A DNA stretch of 64,000 nt from Parcubacteria group bacterium CG1_02_58_44. Its GTDB lineage: Bacteria > Patescibacteriota > Patescibacteriia > SG8-24. The notes beneath the pieces are model-generated. The model had not been told where the DNA came from. It worked only from the letters and a program-made list of their open reading frames with translations, and did no database searches. The stretch is from assembly GCA_001872545.1 (NCBI GenBank), contig MNWN01000041.1, forward strand, positions 218 to 64,217. The letters are read 5' to 3'. The position numbers and the translations under genes were made by a program. Shown here piece after piece: positions 17,880 to 27,513 of the stretch. How positions within the stretch are numbered: position 1 is the first letter of the stretch; every line of letters starts with the position of its first letter.

Positions 17880-19342
17880 GGCACCAAATCGCTGACCCCA
17901 TGGCCACGCCTCAAAAGGATATTCGCGGCCGTACGCAGTTCAGAGACAGTCATACCGCCGAGTGCCAGCAGCATTCCGGAATAGACCGCCACTCCGACCG
18001 GAACCAGCAGCACAACATGAACCTTTCCGCGTGTGACCAGAAGCACCGCGGCCATGACCGCAGCGGCGGCAGCCGTCTTCAGGGCAGCAGACCAGAAACG
18101 ACGTCCGTCGACCTTAACGACCTGGCGCATGAACAACGCCGCCGAACCCCAGAGCACGAAATTGCCGACCAAGGCGGCGATCGCCGCTCCGACCGGGCCG
18201 AATTTCGGAATGAGCATGGCGTTGAGGGCGATGTTGATCACCATAGTCAGTCCCATGGACAGCGTGTTCTTCCCCTGTCGATCGCTGGCGTTAAGCAGCG
18301 ATCCGGCCGGCCAGTACAGGAATGCGAATACCAGTGAGGCCATCAGGACCTGCAGCGGCAGCACCGATCCGTAGAATTCGGGACCGTACAGCAGCGCGAT
18401 GAACTGCGGTGCCAGCACTGCGACACCTACCGCCAGCGGCAGCGACAGGAACATCAGATACACCACCGAGACAGTAAACAGCTGCGACAACCGGCCTCGA
18501 TCGTTGACGTAGTGCTCGCTCATGGCCGGATAGACCGCCGCCGCGAAGGCCATGGGCAGGAACTGGAAGGAAAAGGCAATCTTATAGGCCACACCGTAGA
18601 TGCCCACCGATGCCTCGGAGATCAGCTTCGACAGCATCACCGAGTCGATGTACGAATAGATCCTCGAGAAGACCCCGGCTAATGCGAACGGCAGCGTCAC
18701 CCTCCAGAAAAAAAGAAGCACTGGCCTCTCCAGACGCAGGTCGAGCGGCTGCAGTCCGAATTTTTTCTTCAATACCAGACCGGCCCACGACACATTGAAG
18801 GTACTGCCGCAGAGCAGGGCCACGACCAGGAAGTGGAGCGGCAGGTGAAACAGCAGAAAGGCGATGCCGGAACAAATCACGATGGCCTGTCCGCCGACCA
18901 CGCCTACCGCTTCGTAGCGCAGGTTCTGGAAGCCGCGCATGGCCGCGTACATAACCAAATGTATCGAGTCCACGACCATGACCACGCTGGCGATCGTTAT
19001 CATTAGCCTGGTCTCCGGATGATAGTTCAAGATTCGGGCGGTGATGTAGACTGCCCCGACGGTCAGCACGGCCAGAATGACCTTGATGCCCAGCACGTTA
19101 GCCAGAAGAGAGCCGGCCCGAGCACGGTTCTTGGCTACCTCCCGCACCAGCACATTGGCCAAACCCAAATCAACGAAAATCGAGAACATGGTGGTCAGCG
19201 ACACGGCCAGAAAATAGCGACCGGCCCCGTCCACCCCCACGGTCCGGGCGATGATCGTAAAATAAACGAAGGACAGCACTTTCTGTCCCACGAACGCCGT
19301 CACCAGATAGGCCGTATTTCTCATCACCCGTCCATCCGACAT
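17876..19342 (-). CDS. Wzx-like polysaccharide flippase (MOP/MATE superfamily)
   Basis: 488 aa with about 14 TM helices; the N-terminal NTAYLVTAFVGQKVLSFVYFTIIAR is typical of polysaccharide biosynthesis protein family transporters. Confidence 0.8.
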   Translation of the reverse strand: MSDGRVMRNTAYLVTAFVGQKVLSFVYFTIIARTVGVDGAGRYFLAVSLTTMFSIFVDLGLANVLVREVAKNRARAGSLLANVLGIKVILAVLTVGAVYITARILNYHPETRLMITIASVVMVVDSIHLVMYAAMRGFQNLRYEAVGVVGGQAIVICSGIAFLLFHLPLHFLVVALLCGSTFNVSWAGLVLKKKFGLQPLDLRLERPVLLFFWRVTLPFALAGVFSRIYSYIDSVMLSKLISEASVGIYGVAYKIAFSFQFLPMAFAAAVYPAMSEHYVNDRGRLSQLFTVSVVYLMFLSLPLAVGVAVLAPQFIALLYGPEFYGSVLPLQVLMASLVFAFLYWPAGSLLNASDRQGKNTLSMGLTMVINIALNAMLIPKFGPVGAAIAALVGNFVLWGSAALFMRQVVKVDGRRFWSAALKTAAAAAVMAAVLLVTRGKVHVVLLVPVGVAVYSGMLLALGGMTVSELRTAANILLRRGHGVSDLVP

Positions 19343-19451
19343 ACGACTGAATTTTACCGGCTGAGGACGACGCTTACAAGGCGAAACTCAAGCCCGAATC
19401 TTGACCCAAGGCTGATTTAATGATAAAATTTGAACCTGGAGGTTCTTTGGA

Positions 19452-20194
19452 ATGGAACAAATCAGAATAAGCGGAGGCCGTTCACTCACCGATGGCGTTG
19501 CCTTTGCTACTGATCGATGTGTGGCCACAGCCAGACGGACCGACGGAACCGTAGTCTGCGAACTGAGATGGTTCTCCAATCCAGTACTCCGCTGGATAAA
19601 TTTCAAGAAGAAATTCCGCTTTCTGCCCCACCTGCTGACCACATTGGTCTCGCCATGGATCGGTCTGGAGAAACCACGCAGCAGACTCATCTTTGTGGAT
19701 ATCCTGACCGGCATCTGTCTCGCGATGTCATTCCATATCGAGAGTATGCTAGTTGCTGCAGCTATATCGATGCTAGTCGTCGGTCTTGGTATCAAGCTGA
19801 TCATCATGTATGACGGACTGAAGGCCTACCATGCGACCGAACACATGGCATTCAACGCCTACGTATTCGCCGGTTCGACCGATATCGAAACCATTCAAAG
19901 ACAGGATCGGTTCAATCCCGTCTGTGGAACCAGCCTAATTGCACCTCTAGCTCTGGCCTAGCAATGGCTCCATTTATTGCGCTGTGCTCAGGCATGACTC
20001 TGAGCATCAGTTCGGCACTACTCCTAGAGGGTGTGTTACTACTCAACTCACTCGTCGGATGGCACCGAATGCCTCTGTTCAAAGAAATCAACCGGTGGCT
20101 GCAGATTAGATTCACTACTTCACCTCCGAACAAAAGTCAGCTCGAAGTCGCAAAGTCGGCGCTCGATGCAGTCCTCGCTGCCGGCCGTAACTAA
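19452..20194 (+). pseudogene. DUF1385 (YqhQ-like) membrane protein gene split by a stop plus frameshift at about 19959-19964
   Basis: Part 1 (ISGGRSLTDGVAFATDRCVATARRTDGTVV ... AYHATEHMAFNAY ... CGTS) and part 2 (...WLQIRFTTSPPNKSQLEVAKSALDAV) align to the N-terminal and C-terminal halves of DUF1385 proteins respectively. The two parts sit in different frames 2 nt apart. Confidence 0.55.
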
Positions 20195-20304
20195 TCGAAA
20201 ACATGACGAAACTCTGGCACGTCCTATCTGGGACGTGCCTTATTTTTAAACCAAAGGACAGACCGCCACGGTCTGTCCTTTCTATCATCGACCCAATTGA
20301 TCGA

Positions 20305-20865
20305 CTAACGCTTGCTCCACTGTGGGGCGCGACGAGCCCGCTTCAGGCCGTACTTCTTCCGCTCCTTCTCCCGCGGATCGCGGGTCAGGAACCCCTCAAC
20401 CTTAAGACTAGAACGAAGGTCGGCATTGAACACCAAAAGTGCCCGAGAAATGCCCAGTCTGACCGCCTCGGCCTGACCGCGCATGCCACCGCCCTCAACC
20501 TGAGCCTCAACTTTGGAGACGCCATCCAATCCGACCGTGCGCAACGGAGCCAAGACAGCCTCCTGCAAGTCAAAGACCGGAAAGTACTCCTTGAAATCGC
20601 GCCCATTGACCGTGATCTCAAGCTTCTTGCCGTCGGTCCAAAGCTTGGTCTTGGAGACGGCCCTCTTGCGCCGTCCGACCGCGAAGTAGTAGCCGTCCGG
20701 CCGCTTCTCCTTGGCCTCACGACGAATCGCCGACCGGTCCCCGGACTTCTTGGCGGCCACCTTCTTGGGTAGCGCATCGTCGGCCTTGGCAACGGTCACC
20801 CGCTTGGTCACAGCCTTCCTGACGGTGACTGGCTTCTTTTCCTTGTTGTCATTCAGCTCCGTCAT
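20305..20865 (-). CDS. rpsI: 30S ribosomal protein S9 with a Lys/Ala-rich N-terminal extension of about 55 aa
   Basis: ...[18 protein letters not shown]...[19 protein letters not shown]...[12 protein letters not shown]. Confidence 0.9.
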   Translation of the reverse strand: MTELNDNKEKKPVTVRKAVTKRVTVAKADDALPKKVAAKKSGDRSAIRREAKEKRPDGYYFAVGRRKRAVSKTKLWTDGKKLEITVNGRDFKEYFPVFDLQEAVLAPLRTVGLDGVSKVEAQVEGGGMRGQAEAVRLGISRALLVFNADLRSSLKVEGFLTRDPREKERKKYGLKRARRAPQWSKR

Positions 20866-20867
20866 AG

Positions 20868-21235
20868 TTAGTCGTTGTGAACCTTGAGTCTCTTCATTCG
20901 ACCGTTCTGAAGCCGATTCTTCGGAAGCATGTTCTTGACCGCACGCCTGATCGCGTCGGACGGATCCTTGGCCATGACCTCCTTGAGGGTGCGCTCCTTC
21001 ATGCCGCCGGGATAGCCGGAATAGTGGTAGTATGTCTTCTGCTCCAGCTTGTTGCCTAAAATCCGGACTTGGGCTGCATTCCGAATCTCCACAATGTCAC
21101 CCATGTCCTTCTGTGGCTCGTACTGCGGCTTGTGCTTGCCCATGAGCAGCTTGGCCGCCTCACTTGCGAGACGTCCGATGCTATGGCCAGCGGCATCCAT
21201 TTTTACCGTTTCTCTGTTGATAGAGGTTGCCATAA
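20868..21235 (-). CDS. rplM: 50S ribosomal protein L13
   Basis: [36 protein letters not shown]...; the probable start is at about 21235, and the ORF track extends it upstream. Confidence 0.9.
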
Positions 21236-21237
21236 AG

Positions 21238-21588
21238 CTATACCAGTTCAATCTGAACCATCTCAGCACCGTCGCCTTGGCGAAAACCGATGCCTGTTAT
21301 CCTAGTGTAGCCGCCCTTCCGGTCCTTATACCTCGGACCGAGTTCCTCCACGACCTTCTTGACCGCATTGTCACCGTAAACCACCTGATTTACGCGGCGA
21401 CGGGCGGTCAAGTCACCTTTGCGACCGTCGGTGATCAGTCTCTCCACCAGGGACTGGACCGCCTTGGCCTTGGCCTTGGTGGTCTGTACCTTTTCATAAA
21501 TAATGATGCTGGTGGCCAGGCTGCGCAGCAGCGCCTCGCGCGGCCCCTTCTTCCTGTCTAAAGTTGTACCTTCCTTGCGGTGGCGCAT
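21238..21588 (-). CDS. rplQ: 50S ribosomal protein L17
   Basis: MRHRKEGTTLDRKKGPREALLRSLATSIIIYEKVQTTKAKAKA... Confidence 0.9.
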   Translation of the reverse strand: MRHRKEGTTLDRKKGPREALLRSLATSIIIYEKVQTTKAKAKAVQSLVERLITDGRKGDLTARRRVNQVVYGDNAVKKVVEELGPRYKDRKGGYTRITGIGFRQGDGAEMVQIELV

Positions 21589-21608
21589 ACGTTTCAGTTC
21601 CTACTCCC

Positions 21609-22421
21609 CTATTCGGAGGATTTTTTCTTGCCTTTCTTGGGTTTCTCCTCTATCACGTCATCGTCGACCTCAATGGCTGTCTCGCTCTCGGTCTCTCCTG
21701 TCTCGTCCTCGGAGGATTCCTTATCGGAAGACTCGGACTGGCCGGTCAGTAAGGAGAAGTAGTCGAGCAGGATACGGACCGACTGGTCGACCGCCTCCTG
21801 CGGAGTAATGGTACCGTCGGTCTCGATGCTCATGGTCAAACGATCATAGTTGGTGACGTCGCCGACACGGACGTTCTCTACCCGATATCCGACCTCACGG
21901 ACCGGAGAAAAGACCGCGTCCACTGCGATCGTGCCCAGTTCCTGCTTCTCGTCCGCTTTTTCCTCGACAGTGACGTAGCCGCGGCCACGCTCGACGATGA
22001 TCTCCATCTCGACCTCGGACTTTTTGTCGGTTAGAGTGGCGATATGCAGTTCCGGATTGGCGATCTCTACGTCGGAGTTCGCTTCGATGTCGGCGGCGGT
22101 CACCTCCTTCTCACCCTTGGCCGAAAGCCTCAGGCGGACCGGAGCGTCGGCGAATACGTGCATTCGAAGTTCCTTGAGGTTCAGGACGATCTCCAGAATG
22201 TCCTCCTTGATGCCATTCAGCCCGGCAAACTCATGCTGGGCTCCGGAAATCTTGACTGCCGTCACCGCCGCACCCGGCAACGAGGACAGCAGCACCCGTC
22301 GCAGCGTGTTGCCGAGCGTCGTGCCGTACCCGTGATAGCATGGCTCCACCACTAGGGTCGCCGTACGTTCATCCTCGCCCGGGATCAGTTCGATCTTGGA
22401 TGGTAGCAATATTTCTTCCAT
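21609..22421 (-). CDS. rpoA: DNA-directed RNA polymerase alpha subunit consisting of the N-terminal (assembly) domain only plus an acidic/basic tail; no alpha-CTD
   Basis: It is 270 aa. The alpha-NTD is clear (TLVVEPCYHGYGTTLGNTLRRVLLSSLPGAAV...). After about residue 226 only a low-complexity tail is present (SSDKESSEDETGETESE...KPKKGKKKSSE). Confidence 0.85.
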   Translation of the reverse strand: MEEILLPSKIELIPGEDERTATLVVEPCYHGYGTTLGNTLRRVLLSSLPGAAVTAVKISGAQHEFAGLNGIKEDILEIVLNLKELRMHVFADAPVRLRLSAKGEKEVTAADIEANSDVEIANPELHIATLTDKKSEVEMEIIVERGRGYVTVEEKADEKQELGTIAVDAVFSPVREVGYRVENVRVGDVTNYDRLTMSIETDGTITPQEAVDQSVRILLDYFSLLTGQSESSDKESSEDETGETESETAIEVDDDVIEEKPKKGKKKSSE

Positions 22422-22454
22422 ATTGATGCTCCTCCTTATTTTAAGTCTCCCGCC

Positions 22455-23084
22455 TTACCTCGAGTAGTACTCGACGATCAGCTGGGGGTTGAAATTCTGC
22501 TTGAGATCCTCGTCCTTGGGCGCATGCAGTACCTTTCCGGTCAGCTCTTTGGGATCGAGATACAGCCAGGATGGGATCAGATGCTGCTCCAGCTTAGCCA
22601 GTTCAATCTGCAGTGAGGGACGAGCCTGGGCCTTGACCGACAGGGAAACGATGTCCCCCTCCTTTACCTGGTACGAGGGAATGGTGACGCTCTTGCCGTT
22701 GACCAGTACGTGACCGTGATTGACGGACTGTCGAGCCAAGGCACGGGAACGGGCCAGACCCAACCGAAAGACGACATTGTCGAGCCTCATCTCCAGAAGC
22801 TGCACCAAGATATCGGTCGTGTTGCCGGTCCTCTTCTTGGCCTGGTCGAAATAGCGGCGGAACTGCTTCTCCATCATTCCGTAAGAGTTCTTGGCCTTCT
22901 GCTTCTCCCGCAGCTGGACACCGTACGGAGTCGGCCTAACCCGGCTGGTCGGGCCGTGCATACCCGGCCGATAAGCGCGCTTAACCATCGGACACTTGGC
23001 TGTCTGGCACTTCTCACCCTTCAGTTGCAGCTTCTCGCCCTCGCGGCGGCACTGCTTGCATTTTGGTTCAAGATTCCTGCCCAT
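22455..23084 (-). CDS. rpsD: 30S ribosomal protein S4
   Basis: MGRNLEPKCKQCRREGEKL... with an S4 RNA-binding domain. Confidence 0.9.
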   Translation of the reverse strand: MGRNLEPKCKQCRREGEKLQLKGEKCQTAKCPMVKRAYRPGMHGPTSRVRPTPYGVQLREKQKAKNSYGMMEKQFRRYFDQAKKRTGNTTDILVQLLEMRLDNVVFRLGLARSRALARQSVNHGHVLVNGKSVTIPSYQVKEGDIVSLSVKAQARPSLQIELAKLEQHLIPSWLYLDPKELTGKVLHAPKDEDLKQNFNPQLIVEYYSR

Positions 23085-23090
23085 AAGTCA

Positions 23091-23588
23091 TCAAATGCGC
23101 CGTGGCTTCGGTGCCCGGCAACCGTTATGAGGGATCGGAGTTACGTCCTTGATGGAGCTGACGATCAGCCCGTTGGCGTGCAGCGCACGGACGGCTCCCT
23201 CACGGCCTGATCCGATTCCACGCACGAAAACCATCACTTCCTTGAGCCCCGTGTCGCTGACCTTCTCGCAGACGTCCTTGACGATGACACTGGCCGCATA
23301 AGGAGTGGACTTTTTCGGACCGCGAAAACCGCAGACACCGGCCGAAGACCAACCCAACACGTTTCCGTTCTGGTCAGTCAAAGTCACGATGGTGTTGTTG
23401 TACGTCGCCTGAATATAGGCCCGTCCGGACGAGACATTCCTCACGGTGCGCTTCTTGCCTCGAGCACGCGTGACGCGGACGGACTTCTTTCCGCCTTTCC
23501 CGTTGGCGGAGGACTTGTTGGCCGCGACCTCCGACTCGGTTTCCCGGTCGGGAGCAGCGGCGTTTTTGTTGGCCATTTCTTCTGCCAT
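23091..23588 (-). CDS. rpsK: 30S ribosomal protein S11 with a basic N-terminal extension of about 35 aa
   Basis: ...RAYIQATYNNTIVTLTDQNGNVLGWSSAG... Confidence 0.9.
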   Translation of the reverse strand: MAEEMANKNAAAPDRETESEVAANKSSANGKGGKKSVRVTRARGKKRTVRNVSSGRAYIQATYNNTIVTLTDQNGNVLGWSSAGVCGFRGPKKSTPYAASVIVKDVCEKVSDTGLKEVMVFVRGIGSGREGAVRALHANGLIVSSIKDVTPIPHNGCRAPKPRRI

Positions 23589-23612
23589 ATACAGAGTTCA
23601 GTTCGTCGACGA

Positions 23613-23996
23613 TTACTTCTTGTCGACCTTGGTGCGTCCGGACGCCATGGTCCGACGAACATTGCCTCGCACCGTACGGCAATTGGTCTTGGTCCGCTGA
23701 CCGCGGGCCGGCAGGGACCTGATGTGACGCAGTCCACGGTAGCAGCCGATCTCCTTGAGACGCTTGATGTTGGCGGAGACGTCGCGGCGCAGCTCGCCCT
23801 CGACACGGTACTGCTTCTCGATCACCTCGCGGAGCTGATTGACGACGGTGTCGACCAGATCGTTCATCCTGGTGTCCGGATCGATCTTAAGCTTAGCCAG
23901 AATCTCGTTCGATCGACTCCGGCCGATGCCCTTGATGTAAGTCAAGGCGATCTCGATGCGTTTGTTGGGTAGTGTTATGCCGGCAATACGGGCCAT
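23613..23996 (-). CDS. rpsM: 30S ribosomal protein S13
   Basis: [33 protein letters not shown]... Confidence 0.9.
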   Translation of the reverse strand: MARIAGITLPNKRIEIALTYIKGIGRSRSNEILAKLKIDPDTRMNDLVDTVVNQLREVIEKQYRVEGELRRDVSANIKRLKEIGCYRGLRHIRSLPARGQRTKTNCRTVRGNVRRTMASGRTKVDKK

Positions 23997-24041
23997 AGAC
24001 TTTCGATGTAACTATAGATTCGCGAAACGAAATTTCAGCGC

Positions 24042-24155
24042 TTAACCCTGACGCTGCTTGTGCCGAACGGTCTTGCAGATCACGCACAGGCGTTTCTTTC
24101 GCCTGATGACCTTGCAGTTGCGGCAAATTTTCTTAACTGACGCTCTGACTTTCAT
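24042..24155 (-). CDS. rpmJ: 50S ribosomal protein L36
   Basis: [37 protein letters not shown]; the ORF track extends it to 24242, but the canonical start is at about 24155. Confidence 0.9.
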   Translation of the reverse strand: MKVRASVKKICRNCKVIRRKKRLCVICKTVRHKQRQG

Positions 24156-24358
24156 GTTCAAACGAGTCAACTCGTCTCCGGATTCCGGGGGCCGGTTTCT
24201 TTTTTTATAAATAAATAGACCTCCTGTTTCCAGAGGCTTCAAACGGAGAAAGCAGATAGCGCTTCTCCACGCAGCTTCGGAAACGGGGATTTCACGACTT
24301 CCCTGCAGGCGATCCGACTCGACTTCCAGAACCCATCTCGGCCCGGCCGAAAAGGAAA

Positions 24359-24643
24359 CTAGTAGCGGTACGTGATCCTGCCCTTGGTTAGATCGTACGG
24401 AGTCATCTCCACTTTCACTTCGTCACCCGGGAGCAGACGAATGCGGAACATCCGCATCTTGCCCGACAGATGAGCGAGAATAGTCTGACTGTTCTCCAGT
24501 CTGACCTTGAAAGTTCCCGCCGGAAGGCTTTCCTCGACGACACCGTTAAACTCGATGAACCCCTTAGAGACGTTCTGATCGTCACCGCTGGTGCTCTCTC
24601 CTGTTCGCTTCTTTCTTTTTGCTTTTCTGAATCTTGCAGCCAT
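24359..24643 (-). CDS. infA: translation initiation factor IF-1 with a basic N-terminal extension of about 22 aa
   Basis: ...[52 protein letters not shown]. Confidence 0.85.
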   Translation of the reverse strand: MAARFRKAKRKKRTGESTSGDDQNVSKGFIEFNGVVEESLPAGTFKVRLENSQTILAHLSGKMRMFRIRLLPGDEVKVEMTPYDLTKGRITYRY

Positions 24644-24752
24644 AGTGACTGAAGAGTAGCGAATTTAAGAGAAAAACACAACCGGCCTAGACGACCCCGC
24701 ATTAACGGGGTTCCATCAAAGCAACACCATCTTACCAGTACTCCCCAGCCTG

Positions 24753-25601
24753 TCAAGGGGATAAGACCGAAACCGCATCACTGGCCCCCGACCGCCGGTC
24801 CGCCTCCGGATCGTACTCGTACATGACTTGGGCCAGATTGTAGCCTATTTCCTCCTCAGCGACGACCTTTCCGGTAGGCCTGTCCATAATCTGACGCCGC
24901 AGCCTGTTCTCTCGCCACCAGATGCCTTCCGCATCCTGCAAGAAACGGTGGTCCAGCTCGATCACCCGAAAGCTGTGTTTCTGGTCGGCGTCAGACCAGA
25001 TCCAGCCTTCAAGAAACCGCTCCCCAACACGAACACCGATCCGAAAGCTGTCTCCAGTTCTGTTCTCCGCCTGCAGATCGACGTAGTTATAGAAGACCGT
25101 AGCGCCAGAGCCGAACGGCATGACACGACCGGAATCCGGAAACACATCATAGCTATGACGATACCGTTCGGTGACCGCAAGCGGCGAATGCAGCAGCAGC
25201 CAATAAATCAGGTTAGCCATCTGACACAGGCCACCGCCGATGCCCTCGACGACCTGACCCTGCGACAGCAGCATGCCCGGAACAAAACCACGACGTGCAG
25301 TCGGGTGTCCGACCAAACGCCAGAAGGAGAATGTCTCTTCCGGACATATGATCGTACCGTCGATCCGTTCCGTCGGCAGACGAAGATTTATGACCTTATT
25401 GTACTGCAGCCTCGGATCGGACACTCCCAGGGTCCTGATCAGGACCGACCTATGACGGCAGACACGGAACGGCGTCTCGGGCGACTTCCTCGGTCCAGCG
25501 AACCGACGACCGCCGAACAGCGAAAGAACGGCCCGGACAAGCCGATGCCGTTCCACGTTCATGGCATACAGCCATGGGTGTCTTGAAACACTGATGGACA
25601 T
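24753..25601 (-). CDS. VanW-family protein
   Basis: The GIGGGLCQMANLIYW motif region is characteristic of VanW-like proteins. Confidence 0.65.
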   Translation of the reverse strand: MSISVSRHPWLYAMNVERHRLVRAVLSLFGGRRFAGPRKSPETPFRVCRHRSVLIRTLGVSDPRLQYNKVINLRLPTERIDGTIICPEETFSFWRLVGHPTARRGFVPGMLLSQGQVVEGIGGGLCQMANLIYWLLLHSPLAVTERYRHSYDVFPDSGRVMPFGSGATVFYNYVDLQAENRTGDSFRIGVRVGERFLEGWIWSDADQKHSFRVIELDHRFLQDAEGIWWRENRLRRQIMDRPTGKVVAEEEIGYNLAQVMYEYDPEADRRSGASDAVSVLSP

Positions 25602-25619
25602 CTGTTATGTGGCCGTGAA

Positions 25620-27482
25620 TCAGCCCACTGTTGCCTTGATCCGCCTGATGCCGGCCGAGGACGATTCCTCCTTCTTGATCCGGAATCCGCCCAGCTCCCC
25701 GGTCCGTTCGACATGAGGTCCGCCGCAAATCTCGGTCGAGAAATATCCGGCCTCCGGACTGCCGACAAAGTAGACCTTCACCTTGTTGCCAAGGGTCGCG
25801 TACTTGTCTTCGAACAGGCCGATCGCGCCGGCAGCCTTGGCCTCCTCGACGGTCATCATCTCGAAGTGCACCGGCAGGTCGGCGTTGATCTGCTCGTTAA
25901 CGATGCGTTCGACCTCAGACTTCTGTCCATCAGTCATCTTTTCGCCGTGCGTGAAGTCGAAGCGCAGCCGGTCCTTGGTGATGTTGGAGCCTTTCTGCTC
26001 GACATAATCGCCGAGTACCTGACGCAGCGCACGATGAAGCAGATGGGTGGCGGTATGAAGCCGCACCACCTCCTCGGAGTTATCGGCCAATCCGCCGGAG
26101 AACTTCTGCTCGGCACCGACACGCGACATCTCCTGATGCTTTTTCATCTCGGTATCCCATTCCGCCTGATCGACCTTCAACCCAGTCCCCTCTTCGGTCA
26201 TTTCCTTGGGAAAACCGTAGGTTTCGTAGAGATGAAAGGCATCCTTGCCGGAAAAGTGATACAGACCCGATGATCCTTCTGATCCAATACGCAACGCATG
26301 CAGTTCCTTTAACCCGCGTTCCAGCGTCTTCTTGAACTGCCTTTCCTCAGTCTCCAGCTCATCCAACACGAACTGCCGTCGAGAAACCAATTCGGGGTAG
26401 GCCTCACCGTTGGCTTCGATCACGCTCTCCGCCACCCGTGACATAAAATGTTCGCCGATACCGATACCGTGACCCCACCTAACGGCCCGACGAATGAGCC
26501 GCCGAACGATATAGCCCTGATCCTTGTTCGACGGCACTACACCATGTTCGTCTGCCAAAATGAAGCAGGCCGCACGAACGTGGTCCGCGATAATTCGCAT
26601 GGCCCACAAGTCTACATCATGAACGTCGGCGTACTTACGACCGGAGATCTCCTCTAACCTGTCGATGATCGGCCGAAACAGGTCGGTCTCGAACACGCTT
26701 CCCGCCTCCTGCATCAACATGACTAGTCGCTCAAAGCCACCACCGAAGTCCACACACCTCTGGGCGAGCGGCTCAAACTGTCCGTCCGTGGTCTTCTGGT
26801 ATTGAAGGAAAACATTATTGCCGATCTCCAGATAGCGTCCGCAACCACAAGCCGGACCGCACTGCCCTTCATGGGGTCCGTCGTTCCAGTGTTTGGTCAG
26901 ATCCTCATCTCCCAGCCGATCGTAGAATATTTCCGAATCCGGACCGCACGGACCGGTCTGCCCGGCTGGCCCCCACCAATTCTCTTTCCGATCATAGGCG
27001 TGAATGCGCTCCCCAACCTTGGCCTCGATGCCATGCTTGGCAAAAATATCCCGCCAGATACTGATCGCCTCCTCGTCCCGCGGCGCTGTCGCATCACCCT
27101 CAAAGACCGTGACGTACAGCCGGTCGGCTGGCAATCCCATCCCCTCCTCCGCAGAAGTCAAAAACTCGAAAGTCCAAGCGAGTGCCTCGGCCTTAAAGTA
27201 GTCCCCGAGCGACCAATTCCCGAGCATCTCGAAGAAGGTCAGGTGACTGGCGTCGCCTACCTCGTCGATGTCACCGGTGCGAATACACTTCTGGACGTCA
27301 GTCAGGCGCTGACCGGCTGGATGCGGCTCTCCCAGCAGATACGGCACCAACGGATGCATACCGGCGGTCGTAAACAGCACAGTCGGGTCGTTCTCCGGAA
27401 TTAACGACGCCGATGGAATGACCGCATGGCCGCGTTTCGCAAAGAACTCCAGGTAACGCCGTCGTATCTCGGATGACTTCAT
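25620..27482 (-). CDS. alaS: alanine--tRNA ligase, short form (catalytic, tRNA-recognition and editing domains; no C-terminal C-Ala/DHHA1 domain)
   Basis: The N-terminus is MKSSEIRRRYLEFFAKRGHAVIPSASLIPENDPTVLFTTAGMHP. The editing motifs (HTATHLLH and CGGPHV) are present. The protein ends about 620 aa after MKSSEI, where typical bacterial enzymes are about 870 aa. The ORF track extends the start to 27542. Confidence 0.9.
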   Translation of the reverse strand: MKSSEIRRRYLEFFAKRGHAVIPSASLIPENDPTVLFTTAGMHPLVPYLLGEPHPAGQRLTDVQKCIRTGDIDEVGDASHLTFFEMLGNWSLGDYFKAEALAWTFEFLTSAEEGMGLPADRLYVTVFEGDATAPRDEEAISIWRDIFAKHGIEAKVGERIHAYDRKENWWGPAGQTGPCGPDSEIFYDRLGDEDLTKHWNDGPHEGQCGPACGCGRYLEIGNNVFLQYQKTTDGQFEPLAQRCVDFGGGFERLVMLMQEAGSVFETDLFRPIIDRLEEISGRKYADVHDVDLWAMRIIADHVRAACFILADEHGVVPSNKDQGYIVRRLIRRAVRWGHGIGIGEHFMSRVAESVIEANGEAYPELVSRRQFVLDELETEERQFKKTLERGLKELHALRIGSEGSSGLYHFSGKDAFHLYETYGFPKEMTEEGTGLKVDQAEWDTEMKKHQEMSRVGAEQKFSGGLADNSEEVVRLHTATHLLHRALRQVLGDYVEQKGSNITKDRLRFDFTHGEKMTDGQKSEVERIVNEQINADLPVHFEMMTVEEAKAAGAIGLFEDKYATLGNKVKVYFVGSPEAGYFSTEICGGPHVERTGELGGFRIKKEESSSAGIRRIKATVG

Positions 27483-27513
27483 TCTTTTTGCGACTAAACA
27501 CTTGCTTATCGTC

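Noticed and set aside
24753-25601. VanW-family gene as evidence of a vancomycin-resistance cassette
   Set aside because: No vanH, vanA/B, vanX or vanRS genes are nearby. Stand-alone VanW-like genes are widespread and of unknown function.
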